From assembly GCA_902536655.1 (NCBI GenBank), contig CACAYF010000002.1, positions 76,123-140,122 on the forward strand: a stretch of 64,000 nt of DNA, read 5' to 3'. Under the pieces are notes generated by a model. The model had not been told where the DNA came from. It saw nothing but the letters and a program-made list of their open reading frames with translations, and made no database searches. This stretch comes from an uncultured Alphaproteobacteria bacterium (GTDB lineage: Bacteria; Pseudomonadota; Alphaproteobacteria; Methylaequorales; Methylaequoraceae). Positions within the stretch are counted from its first letter, which is position 1, and each line of letters opens with the position of its first letter. Of this stretch, positions 22,323 to 32,326 are shown piece after piece. The translations under genes were made by a program, and so were the position numbers.

Positions 22323-22346
22323 TAAATATTATAGTATAAATATTAT

Positions 22347-23153
22347 ATGAATGTTTACACGTCAATTGAAGCCATCTCTATCTTAAGCTTTATTCTATTT
22401 TCTCTGTTATGTTTTACAAGGATAGAAAATAATACAGATATAAATAAAATTTCTTACTTATTCTCTTTATTTTTTCAAGCGTTTGTAGGGATTATTTATT
22501 ATTTTTTTGTTTTGAACTTTCTTTCAAATAAGCTTGCACTTGTTGCCTCTCTTTTAATTGTGATATTCTTTTCAATTTTTTTTATCTTATCTATATTTTC
22601 GTTTCAATTTATCAGATTACGCGTTCTCTTTATTCCTTTCTTTTTAGTAATAATTATTTTTAGGTTTCTTATTTGTATATCATCACTCGGTGAAACTAAT
22701 AATGTACAACTATTTGAAAGTCAATATTTAGTTCTTCATATTATTACATCATTGTTATCATATTCACTAATAACAATAAGCCTTGTGACATCTTTTTGTA
22801 TTTTTATTCAAGATTCTAATATTAAAAAAATGAAGTATAATAGAATTATAAATAATTTCCTTCCTTCTATGTATGAAAGTGAAATCCTAGCGATTAGGTT
22901 TTTATACTTAACAATTATTTTTTTAATTATTTCTTTGGTATCTGGACTGTATTATTTTATTGAAACTGGGAATAAATTAATTTATTTTTTTAACGAAAAA
23001 GTTATTTTTAGTTTAATTTCATTATCGCTTACTTTAACAATAATTATCGTAAGAATATTTAGAGGTATATCAGGGAATATGGTTTTTAAGATGGTTTTAC
23101 TGAGTTATCTATTAATTAGTTTTTCTTATTTCGGAGTTAGATTGTTAAACTAA
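22347..23153 (+). CDS. CcsA/YpjD-like (cytochrome c assembly family) inner membrane protein
   Basis: About 8 TMs; LHIITSLLSY, LPS..E, SG, EKVIFSL, SYFG pattern typical of YpjD-like proteins. Confidence 0.6.
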   Translation: MNVYTSIEAISILSFILFSLLCFTRIENNTDINKISYLFSLFFQAFVGIIYYFFVLNFLSNKLALVASLLIVIFFSIFFILSIFSFQFIRLRVLFIPFFLVIIIFRFLICISSLGETNNVQLFESQYLVLHIITSLLSYSLITISLVTSFCIFIQDSNIKKMKYNRIINNFLPSMYESEILAIRFLYLTIIFLIISLVSGLYYFIETGNKLIYFFNEKVIFSLISLSLTLTIIIVRIFRGISGNMVFKMVLLSYLLISFSYFGVRLLN

Positions 23154-24094
23154 TGTTAAATGTTGGTGGATTACAAATAAATTCTAATTTTCTGCTAGCA
23201 CCAATGTCAGGTGTAACTGACTATCCATTCAGAGAAATAGTAAAAAAATTTAAACCAGGATTGGTATTTTCAGAGATGATTGCCAGTAGAGCACTACTTG
23301 CTAAAAATTCCAAAACAATGAAAATGATTAAAAAAACTGATAATTATCTTTCAGCAGTTCAAATTGCAGGTTGTGATCCAGAAGTTATGGCAGAAGCTTC
23401 AAAAATTTGCGAAGATAATGGAGCAGACATAATAGATATCAACATGGGTTGTCCTGTGAAAAAAGTGGTTAATGGCTACGCAGGTTCTGCATTAATGAAA
23501 GATGAAATATTAGCAACTAAAATATTAGAATCTGTTTCTAACTCTGTAAAAGTTCCAGTTACATTGAAAATGCGTAAAGGTTGGGATGATAATTCTTTAA
23601 ATGCGCCTAAGATTGCAAAGATTGCCGAGGACTGTGGTATTAAGATGATTACCATTCATGGCAGAACAAGATGTCAAATGTATAAAGGTAAGTCAGATTG
23701 GAAGTTCGTTAAAAATGTGAAAAGTAACGTTAAAATACCGGTTCTTGTAAATGGAGATATAACAAATAATAAAAATTTAAAACAAGCATTAAAAGAATCT
23801 CAAGCTGATGGTGTAATGATTGGAAGAGGTTCTTATGGAAAACCTTGGATATTCGAAGAGTTCAGTTCAAATAAAAATAACTTTAAAATAGATGATGAAT
23901 TAAAAAAGCAAATTATTCTTAATCATCTCCAACTCAGTTTAGATCATTATGGAAAAGATGTTGGCTTAAAATCATTTAGAAAACATCTAGGTTGGTATTC
24001 AAAGTCAATAAATAACTCTAATGAATTTAGATTCAAAATAAACCAATGTACAGACGAAATTATTTTAAAAAATTTAATTAATGATTTCTTTTAA
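23153..24094 (+). CDS. dusB: tRNA-dihydrouridine synthase B (NifR3)
   Basis: LAPMSGVTD, DINMGCP, HGRTR, NGDI, RKHLGWY; upstream of ntrBC. Confidence 0.95.
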   Translation: MLNVGGLQINSNFLLAPMSGVTDYPFREIVKKFKPGLVFSEMIASRALLAKNSKTMKMIKKTDNYLSAVQIAGCDPEVMAEASKICEDNGADIIDINMGCPVKKVVNGYAGSALMKDEILATKILESVSNSVKVPVTLKMRKGWDDNSLNAPKIAKIAEDCGIKMITIHGRTRCQMYKGKSDWKFVKNVKSNVKIPVLVNGDITNNKNLKQALKESQADGVMIGRGSYGKPWIFEEFSSNKNNFKIDDELKKQIILNHLQLSLDHYGKDVGLKSFRKHLGWYSKSINNSNEFRFKINQCTDEIILKNLINDFF

Positions 24095-24102
24095 AACATT
24101 TT

Positions 24103-25149
24103 ATGTCTGAAAACCCTTCTTTATTTTTATTTAAAACAATATTTGAGCTTTTTCCTCAACCAATCTTTCTTTTAAACAAGAAAAACTTAAGAATTGAATA
24201 TTGTAACTTTGAAACACAAAATTTATTAGGAAAAAGTAATGAATCTTTAAAAGGTGTCTTACTTAAAGATATATTCGCAGATGATCTAATTTTAATTGCT
24301 CATATTTTGGAAATAAAAAAAAAAAATGGAGTTTTTCTCATAAAAGATAAAATTAGATTTAAAGATTCATTCTTTGAAATTAACTGTATCATCTCTGAAG
24401 AACTTAATAATTTTTTTTTTATTATTTTAAATAAAGTTATTCAAGAAAACAGGTCTTCAGTCGAAATGAACTATCTTGATGAAATATTTTCTGTTTTGTC
24501 GCATGAAGTTAACAACCCAATTTCATCAATTAAACTTGCTATTGATTTAATAAAAAAAAATTATTCACATGTTGATGATGAACTTATAAAAATTATCAAA
24601 TCAGAATCATCAAGAATAACTAGACTTTTTCAAAATATTAATTTTAGAGATTCAAGAAGTATTTCATTAAAAACTAATGAGAATATTCATGAATTAATCA
24701 GACTAAGTTTATTTAAAATAAAACAAATGCCTAATAAATTAAATATTACTGAAGAATTTGATCCATCTCTTCCTTTAATCAAAATTAATAGAGATTTGAT
24801 GATGCAAGTTCTTGACAATATTTTAATTAATGCATACGAATCTTCCTTATTTAATAAAAATTCCTATTTAAAGATTCAAACGAGATTTGTTGTTGGAGAG
24901 AGTATATCAATACCAAACCTAAAAAATTCCATAAAAAAGAATTCTTTAAAAATTAGTATTTGTGACAACGGGAAAGGAATTCCAAAAGAATCAATAGAAA
25001 AGATATTTCTACCATTTTATTCAACAAAAAAAAGAGGTTCAGGAATAGGATTATTTTTGGTAAAAAGAATTATTGATGATCATGAAGGCACCGTAGCTAT
25101 AGAATCACAAGAAGGAGTTACAATAGCACAAATTATTCTACCATTTTAA
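24103..25149 (+). CDS. ntrB: Nitrogen regulation sensor kinase NtrB
   Basis: PAS-like N-terminus, HEVNNP H-box, EEFDPSLP, DNGKGI, GSGIGL; synteny. Confidence 0.88.
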   Translation: MSENPSLFLFKTIFELFPQPIFLLNKKNLRIEYCNFETQNLLGKSNESLKGVLLKDIFADDLILIAHILEIKKKNGVFLIKDKIRFKDSFFEINCIISEELNNFFFIILNKVIQENRSSVEMNYLDEIFSVLSHEVNNPISSIKLAIDLIKKNYSHVDDELIKIIKSESSRITRLFQNINFRDSRSISLKTNENIHELIRLSLFKIKQMPNKLNITEEFDPSLPLIKINRDLMMQVLDNILINAYESSLFNKNSYLKIQTRFVVGESISIPNLKNSIKKNSLKISICDNGKGIPKESIEKIFLPFYSTKKRGSGIGLFLVKRIIDDHEGTVAIESQEGVTIAQIILPF

Positions 25150-25159
25150 GTTTTACAAC

Positions 25160-26596
25160 ATGCAAAAAAAAATTCTTATTATTGACGACGATTACTCATT
25201 GAGAACAGTGATGCTAAAAGCATTACGAACCTCAAAAATTGCTATTAAAACTGCGTCAACTATTTCTGAAGGTTGGTATTTACTTGAAAAAGAAGATTTT
25301 GATTTAGTGATTTGTGACGTTATTCTTCCAGATGGTGATGGGCTTGAGTTAGTAAAAAAGCTTAAGAAAAAATTCGATCATTTGGAATTTATTATTATAA
25401 GTGCTCAGAATAATATTTTAACTGCAATAAAGGCAGATCAACTAGATGTTTTTGAATATATACCAAAACCAATTGATTTAAATGATTTGATAATATCTGT
25501 GGATAGATCTTTAAAAAAAAATTCAGAAAAAAACAAAGAAATTAAATTCGAAGAAAATCTTCCAATGATAGGTACGTCATCAGTTATGCAAGTTGTTTAT
25601 AAAAATATTGCCAAAATTACTAAAACAAATTTCTCAGTTTTTATAAATGGTGAGTCAGGTACAGGAAAGGAACTTGTTGCGAAAACTATTCATAATTTTA
25701 GTGATAGATCAGACAAACCTTACACTGCAATAAATATGGCTTCATTACCAAAAAATTTAATTGAAAGTGAATTATTTGGATATGAAAAGGGTGCATTTAC
25801 TGGTGCTGATCGGAAAACCTCAGGTTTTTTTGAAAAATCGTCTGGTGGAACACTTTTTTTAGATGAAATTGGTGATATGCCATATGATATTCAATCTAGG
25901 TTACTTAGGGTTCTTCAATTTGGAGAATTTACAAGAGTAGGTGGAAGGGAGGTTATCAAAACTGATGTTAGAATAATTTCAGCAACAAATAAAAATATTA
26001 AATCTTTAATTGAGGAGGGAGAGTTTAGAGAAGATTTATTTTACAGATTAAATGTTATAAATATTTTCCTTCCACCTCTTCGAGAAAGGGAAAATGATAT
26101 CATTTCACTAGGAAGACACTATCTTAATCTTTATTCTGATGGAAAAAAACAATTTGATAGCTCTGCTATTAATTTCTTAAAATCTCACTTGTGGCCAGGA
26201 AATGTCAGGGAGTTAGAAAACTTATTGAAGAGAGTATCTGTATTAACATCTGATACGATTATTAGTTCTTCAATTCTTCAGGATTATATAGATTATGATA
26301 AATTTGAACCATTACAAAAAAAAGAAATTACAAATGTGCGTAATGAAAAAGAAAATCTTCGTTCTTATCTTGAAAATTTTTTAAAAAACTTTTTTGATAG
26401 TTTAGATAGGAATGATCAAAAGATGGAATTACATGAAAAATTTATGGATGAATTTGAAAGACCATTAATATTAAAATCACTAGAGTTCTGTAAGGGTAAT
26501 CAAATTAAAACCTCACAAATATTAGGTATAAATAGAAACACTTTGAGATCAAAATTAAAAAAACTAAATATATCCTCGAAATATGGAAAAAAATGA
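25160..26596 (+). CDS. ntrC: Nitrogen regulation response regulator NtrC (sigma54 activator)
   Basis: Receiver domain, GESGTGKE, ELFGYEKGAFTGA, LFLDEIGD, WPGNVRELEN, Fis HTH LGINRNTLR. Confidence 0.93.
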   Translation: MQKKILIIDDDYSLRTVMLKALRTSKIAIKTASTISEGWYLLEKEDFDLVICDVILPDGDGLELVKKLKKKFDHLEFIIISAQNNILTAIKADQLDVFEYIPKPIDLNDLIISVDRSLKKNSEKNKEIKFEENLPMIGTSSVMQVVYKNIAKITKTNFSVFINGESGTGKELVAKTIHNFSDRSDKPYTAINMASLPKNLIESELFGYEKGAFTGADRKTSGFFEKSSGGTLFLDEIGDMPYDIQSRLLRVLQFGEFTRVGGREVIKTDVRIISATNKNIKSLIEEGEFREDLFYRLNVINIFLPPLRERENDIISLGRHYLNLYSDGKKQFDSSAINFLKSHLWPGNVRELENLLKRVSVLTSDTIISSSILQDYIDYDKFEPLQKKEITNVRNEKENLRSYLENFLKNFFDSLDRNDQKMELHEKFMDEFERPLILKSLEFCKGNQIKTSQILGINRNTLRSKLKKLNISSKYGKK

Positions 26597-28716
26597 TTAG
26601 AGAAAGACTATTTGAGTTTGTTGAAAAAAATGATTCAACAAATATAACTTTCTTAATACTGTTTTCGTTGTCTTTCATTCTAAGTTTATTAATTTTTCTA
26701 ACATTGACAGGTAACCTTTCTAATCTTGAAGAAATTGATAAGGTTTCAAGTTTAATTTCCATAAATTTTGCTATTATTGTTATTCTTATTTTAATTTCTG
26801 TTGGAAAAATAAAGGAGAACATTGATCAAAAAAAGTTTAGATCTAAATTTAAAGTTCATTTCACATTGTTATTCATTTTTATTTCTTTAATACCCTCAAC
26901 TTTAATTACTATATTTTCTTTAATTTTTTTTGATCAAGGTATAAAAATTTGGTTTAACGACAAAATTAAACAAGTAATTAATGGTTCCAAAAATATCTCT
27001 GAGTCCTATTTTAGTGAGCATATAAGTAACATTAAAAATGATGTTTTATTTTTACAAAGTGAAATAAATAATGAAAAAATTGTTTTTTTTACTGACAGGG
27101 AGAGACTTACAGAATTTTTAAGTTATTTCGCAGAAATAAAAGATCTTGAAGAAGCCATAATTTTTGAAGGCACTGGACAGTTGCTTGCAAAAGTTGGTAG
27201 TTTTTTGATCGAGTCTGAAACTGCACCTCCATTATGGTCTTTTTTAATTGCTGATGACGGTGATATTGCTGTTTTTCCAAATAGCGAAAAAACAAAAGTT
27301 AGAGCATTAATCCGGATACAAAGAGCAATTCCTACATATCTATTTATTGGAAAAGATGTAGATTCAAACGTTTTGAGTAGGGTGGAGTCAGTTGATAATG
27401 CTGCAAGTGAATATTTAAATATTACAAAGAAATTAGACAACTTTCAATCCCAATTTGTTCAGCTTTTTATTGCAATTAATTTTTTAATGATTCTTCTATC
27501 AATATGGTTTGGTCTTAGATTTTCAAATAGAATTATAGAGCCAATTATGCAAATAATTCTTGATTCAGAAAAAATAATAAAAGAGGATTTTTCGACGAGA
27601 ATCAGAGTATTTAAAGGCAATAATGAATTTAATATTTTATCAAATGTTTTAAATAAAATGCTTGATATTTTAAACAATCAAAAAAATAAGCTTTTAAAAG
27701 CTAAAGAAATAATAAATCTAAGAAGAAAATTTACAGAAAATATTATAAATAATATCAATACAGGAATAATTTATGTTGACTTGAATGGCAAAGTGCTTTT
27801 AAGTAATAAAAATTCCCAAGAGATATTCGATAAAAAAGTTACTAGAGATTTTTTGGAAAATCATAGTAACATTCAAGATATAATCAAAAAATTTAAACTT
27901 GGAAAAATAAAAAATAACGAAATTCAAATAAAGTACCTGGCAAATTATAAATTAAAATTCTTAAACATTAAAATTTCAGAAATCATTGAAAAAAACTCGA
28001 TTAAAGGCTTTATTTTAAGTATTGATGATGTTTCTGAACTAGTATCAGCTCAAAAACATGCTGCTTGGTCAAATGTTGCGAGATATATGGCTCATGAAAT
28101 AAGAAATCCTTTAACTCCAATTAAGTTGTCTGCTCAAAGGTTGGAGAAAACATTCTTAGAAAATAAAGTCTATAAGAAGTCTTTTCTTGATTATACTGAT
28201 ACGATAAAAAGACAAGTAAACAATATTCAGACATTAGTTTCAGACTTTTCAAACTTTGCAAGAATGCCAGAAAGTATTTTTAAGGAAGTAAAATTAAGCA
28301 AAATAATAGAGACTCAAATTAAAACAATCAAAATTTTAGACAGTAAAATTAAATTTAATTACAACAATACTTTTAAAGAATTAAAAATTAATTGTGATGA
28401 AAATCAAATTGGAAGAGTATTTCTTAATATTTTAAAAAATTCATATGAGTCGTCACAAAAAAAGAAAAAAGTAATTTCTGTCAAAATTAATAAAGAAAAA
28501 AAATTAGTTCTAATAGATATCGAAGATAATGGTATTGGTTTTCCTGAAAATAGAGATAAATTATTTGAACCCTATATAACAAATAAAGTTAATGGTACAG
28601 GTTTAGGACTTGCAATATGTAAAAAAATTATTGAAGATCATGGAGGAGAGATTAACCTGCTTGATAGCAGCAAATTTGGAGGAGCTTGTGTGAGGTTAAA
28701 ATTAATAAGAGTTTAA
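26593..28716 (+). CDS. ntrY: Sensor histidine kinase NtrY
   Basis: Multi-TM N-terminus, HAMP/PAS, AWSNVARYMAHEIRNPLTPI. Confidence 0.92.
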   Translation: MIRERLFEFVEKNDSTNITFLILFSLSFILSLLIFLTLTGNLSNLEEIDKVSSLISINFAIIVILILISVGKIKENIDQKKFRSKFKVHFTLLFIFISLIPSTLITIFSLIFFDQGIKIWFNDKIKQVINGSKNISESYFSEHISNIKNDVLFLQSEINNEKIVFFTDRERLTEFLSYFAEIKDLEEAIIFEGTGQLLAKVGSFLIESETAPPLWSFLIADDGDIAVFPNSEKTKVRALIRIQRAIPTYLFIGKDVDSNVLSRVESVDNAASEYLNITKKLDNFQSQFVQLFIAINFLMILLSIWFGLRFSNRIIEPIMQIILDSEKIIKEDFSTRIRVFKGNNEFNILSNVLNKMLDILNNQKNKLLKAKEIINLRRKFTENIINNINTGIIYVDLNGKVLLSNKNSQEIFDKKVTRDFLENHSNIQDIIKKFKLGKIKNNEIQIKYLANYKLKFLNIKISEIIEKNSIKGFILSIDDVSELVSAQKHAAWSNVARYMAHEIRNPLTPIKLSAQRLEKTFLENKVYKKSFLDYTDTIKRQVNNIQTLVSDFSNFARMPESIFKEVKLSKIIETQIKTIKILDSKIKFNYNNTFKELKINCDENQIGRVFLNILKNSYESSQKKKKVISVKINKEKKLVLIDIEDNGIGFPENRDKLFEPYITNKVNGTGLGLAICKKIIEDHGGEINLLDSSKFGGACVRLKLIRV

Positions 28717-28731
28717 TTTTTTTGTAAGGGT

Positions 28732-30093
28732 ATGAATTTTAAAGATAGCAAAATATTAATCATTGATGATGAACCAGATATTTGCAACCAACTTTGTGAG
28801 CTTTTAAATGATATTGGGTATTCATGTGATAAAGCAAATACCTCAGAAAAAGGTTTGGAAATTTTTAAACAAAAATCATTTTCTCTTGTTCTTCTGGATA
28901 TTTGGTTGAACAACTCAAAATTCGATGGTTTTCAAGCTTTGGAAAAGCTCCAAGGAATTGATCAAAGTATTCCAGTTATTATGATTAGTGGTCATGGTAA
29001 TATTGAAACTGCAGTAAATTCAATTAAAAAAGGAGCATACGATTTTGTAGAGAAACCGTTTGATAGTGAATTACTTGTTTTTAAAATTAAGAAAGCAATA
29101 GAGAATTATATTTTAAAAAAGAAAATTGAAAAATTTTCAAGGAAAGATTTAGATTCAGAAATTGTTGCAATTTCAAAGTCTTCTAAACTCCTTGAAAAAA
29201 AGATTAAAGAGGTCAGTAAAACCGACTCTAATATTGTTCTTATTGGTGATGAGGGAAGTGGGAAAGAATTCGTTGCTTCAAAAATACATGACAGTTCTCA
29301 TAGAGCAAAAAAGAATTTTAAGTCAATAGATTGTAAATTAGATAAAAATAAATTTGAGGAACAATTATTTGGATCTGAAGATAATCAAGTAATCAAAGAA
29401 TTAGGTATATTAGACGAAGTAAATAGAGGAACCATATATTTAAAGAATATCACATCGTTAGCAGATAAATTGCAAGGAAAAATATTACGAATTCTTGATG
29501 AAAAAAAATATTATAGAATTGATGCATTAAACCCTAATGTTTTGGATTTAAGAGTTGTTGCTTCGTCAAATAAACATTTAATAGGAAATCTAAGAAAAGA
29601 CCTGTTAAAAAAATTAAATTTTACAATTATAGAAATACCAAATCTATCCAATAGAAAAAGTGACGTAGGATCATTAATAGAAATTTTTTCATCTGAAATA
29701 TTTATTGAAAAAGGTCTAAGAAAAAAAAAATTTTCTTCTGAAGTTATTTCATACTTAATTGATTTAGATTATTTTAGAAATATTTTTCAGCTTAAAAAGT
29801 TTGTAGAATGGATTATTGTTATGTTGAATAACATAGATAATGATGAAATAAATTTAAATGATGTTATTGGTTTGGGTATAAATCTCGTCGAAAAAAAAAA
29901 TGTTCTATCTGATGATTCGATGAATATGAATATTAAAAGCGCAAGAGAAGATTTTGAAAAAAAATATCTCCTATTTAATTTAGAAAAATATAAATATAAT
30001 GTATCTAAAATGGCCCATGAAATAGGAATGGAACGAACCGCGATATACAGAAAGCTTAAACTTCTAAATATCAAGATGGATTTAGAAAAATGA
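28732..30093 (+). CDS. ntrX: Response regulator NtrX
   Basis: LLDIWL, MISGHGNIETAV, GAYDFVEKPF, AAA-like domain, GMERTAIYRKLK. Confidence 0.92.
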   Translation: MNFKDSKILIIDDEPDICNQLCELLNDIGYSCDKANTSEKGLEIFKQKSFSLVLLDIWLNNSKFDGFQALEKLQGIDQSIPVIMISGHGNIETAVNSIKKGAYDFVEKPFDSELLVFKIKKAIENYILKKKIEKFSRKDLDSEIVAISKSSKLLEKKIKEVSKTDSNIVLIGDEGSGKEFVASKIHDSSHRAKKNFKSIDCKLDKNKFEEQLFGSEDNQVIKELGILDEVNRGTIYLKNITSLADKLQGKILRILDEKKYYRIDALNPNVLDLRVVASSNKHLIGNLRKDLLKKLNFTIIEIPNLSNRKSDVGSLIEIFSSEIFIEKGLRKKKFSSEVISYLIDLDYFRNIFQLKKFVEWIIVMLNNIDNDEINLNDVIGLGINLVEKKNVLSDDSMNMNIKSAREDFEKKYLLFNLEKYKYNVSKMAHEIGMERTAIYRKLKLLNIKMDLEK

Positions 30094-31472
30094 AAATTAT
30101 TGTTTGCGGCGCAGGTGAAATTGGTTCTAATATAGCTAAACAACTTGTTTATGAAGACAATGATGTAACAATTATAGACAAATCAGAGTCACGTTTAAGG
30201 ATGTTAAATAAATCTGTGGATTTGAAAAGTGTCTGTGGAAAAACAACTCACCCAGAAATTCTTGAAAAAGCAGGTGCCGATGAAGCTGACATGATTATAG
30301 CAGTAACAGAAAGTGACGAACTTAATATTATTTCTTGTGAACTTGCAAATCATCTATTTAAAATACCGTTAAAAGTAGCAAGAATTAAAGAATCTGAATA
30401 TTTAAATTCAAACTATGCAAATAAAATTTTCTCTCCAGGAAAAATTGACGTGGATGCAATAATTTCACCAGAATTAGAGGTTGCAAAAGATATTATAAGA
30501 AAATTAAACACTCCAGGTGCTTTCGACTCATTTTATTTAGGAGATAAAATAGCAAGAATAATTGGTATATCGATAAATGATAAGTGCCCAATTATAAATA
30601 CGCCATTAAGAATGCTTCCAGGAATTTTTTCAGGTTTGGAAGTAAAGATTTTATCAATTTTTAGAAAAGATGAGATAATAATTCCTACTGGAAAAGTAGA
30701 GCTTTATCCAGGTGATGATATCTATATCTGTATCAAAAATGATGATATCTTAAGAGCGTTGAGGGTCTTTGGAATAAAACCTCAGGAAAATAGAAAATTA
30801 ATTGTTGTCGGAGCTGGTAACATCGGTTTGAATATTTTGAAAATTTTAGAGAAAGATTATCCCGATATCAATTGTAAAATTATTGATAATGATTTAGAAA
30901 GAACTAAAAATATTTCTTCCCAGCTATCAAAGCAGAGTACTATCTTATGTGGAGATGCTATTGATTCCGATCTATTGAGAGATGCTGGTGCATCTGACTC
31001 TGAAGCAATAATAACTGTGACTGATGACGATGAGACTAATATTTTTTCTTCTCTATTGGCTAAAGATCTAGGATGCAAAAGAACAATGGCAATTGTTAAC
31101 AACACAAATTATAGAAATTTGTCAAAGAAACTTGACTTAGATGTTCTTATCAATCCAGGTAATATTACTACTTCAGCAATTCTGCAGTATGTAAGAAGAG
31201 GAAAAGTAAAAGAGGTTCACGATTTTGGCAATGATAGAGGTGAAATTATGGAAATAGAGATTCTACCAACTACAAAATTTACAGATAAAAAAATAATAGA
31301 TTTAGATATGCCAGAAGGAGTGGTGATTGGTGGAATTGTTAGAAATAAGAAATTGATTTTTCCAGATGAGAACACAACTATATATGCAGATGATAAATTA
31401 ATAATTTTTTCAAAACCATCATCTATCAAAGAAATAGAAAAATATTCAGAGGTAAATATAGAGTTTTTTTAA
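30090..31472 (+). CDS. trkA: Trk potassium uptake regulatory subunit
   Basis: Two RCK_N (GAGEIG, GAGNIG) plus RCK_C pairs. Confidence 0.95.
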   Translation: MKIIVCGAGEIGSNIAKQLVYEDNDVTIIDKSESRLRMLNKSVDLKSVCGKTTHPEILEKAGADEADMIIAVTESDELNIISCELANHLFKIPLKVARIKESEYLNSNYANKIFSPGKIDVDAIISPELEVAKDIIRKLNTPGAFDSFYLGDKIARIIGISINDKCPIINTPLRMLPGIFSGLEVKILSIFRKDEIIIPTGKVELYPGDDIYICIKNDDILRALRVFGIKPQENRKLIVVGAGNIGLNILKILEKDYPDINCKIIDNDLERTKNISSQLSKQSTILCGDAIDSDLLRDAGASDSEAIITVTDDDETNIFSSLLAKDLGCKRTMAIVNNTNYRNLSKKLDLDVLINPGNITTSAILQYVRRGKVKEVHDFGNDRGEIMEIEILPTTKFTDKKIIDLDMPEGVVIGGIVRNKKLIFPDENTTIYADDKLIIFSKPSSIKEIEKYSEVNIEFF

Positions 31473-32326
31473 TGTCAATTTGTTATGTAAACGGTTCATA
31501 TGAAGAAAAAACTTCAGCAGTGATATCAATTCAAGATAGAGGTTTTAACTTTTCTGACGGTGTATATGAGGTTATGCCTTTCTTTGGGAATCATGTTGTC
31601 AATTTTGACAAACATTTAAAAAGACTATCAAAGTCACTGGACAGTCTAAGAATAAAAAAACCATTGTCCAATTATAAAAGTCTAGAATTAATATTAAAGA
31701 AACTGATAAAGGAAAATAAATTAGATAAAGGTTTTATATATCTTCAAATTACAAGAGGAAGTTGCTCTAGAAATCATCTTTTTCCAAAATTATCTAAGCC
31801 TAATATAGTCATTTTCACTTTTACCGCAAAATTAGATAAAAAATTTATCCTGAGTGGAGTAAAAGTTCGGTTAACTGAAGATCTTAGATGGAAGAGATGT
31901 GACATTAAGTCCATTTCTTTATTACCAAATGTTTTAGAAAAACAAAATGCTTTTGAAGAGGGCATGTACGAATCATGGCAAAAAAGAAATAACTTAATTA
32001 CAGAGGGATCTACATCAAATGCCTTCATAATAAATAGAAATGGTTTTATTCAAACACATCCAGCTAATAATTTTATTTTAGGTGGAGTGACACGTGATAC
32101 ACTTATTGAGATTGCAAAAAAAAATAAGATAAAAGTTATCGAAAAGGCGTTTTCTTCGAGTGATTTATTTTCAAGTAAAGAAGCTTTCTTAACAAGTACA
32201 ACTGCAAAAATTCTTCCAGTTGTAAAAATTAATGAAAAAACTATAGGTAATGGAAAGCCAGGAGAAATGACTCAAGTATTAATTAAAAAGTACAATGAAC
32301 ACGTAAAATGTCAAATTCATGAATAA
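31472..32326 (+). CDS. dat: D-amino acid aminotransferase (class IV PLP)
   Basis: DRGFNFSDGVYE, YLQITRG, RCDIKS, EGSTSN, ILGGVTR. Confidence 0.85.
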   Translation: MSICYVNGSYEEKTSAVISIQDRGFNFSDGVYEVMPFFGNHVVNFDKHLKRLSKSLDSLRIKKPLSNYKSLELILKKLIKENKLDKGFIYLQITRGSCSRNHLFPKLSKPNIVIFTFTAKLDKKFILSGVKVRLTEDLRWKRCDIKSISLLPNVLEKQNAFEEGMYESWQKRNNLITEGSTSNAFIINRNGFIQTHPANNFILGGVTRDTLIEIAKKNKIKVIEKAFSSSDLFSSKEAFLTSTTAKILPVVKINEKTIGNGKPGEMTQVLIKKYNEHVKCQIHE

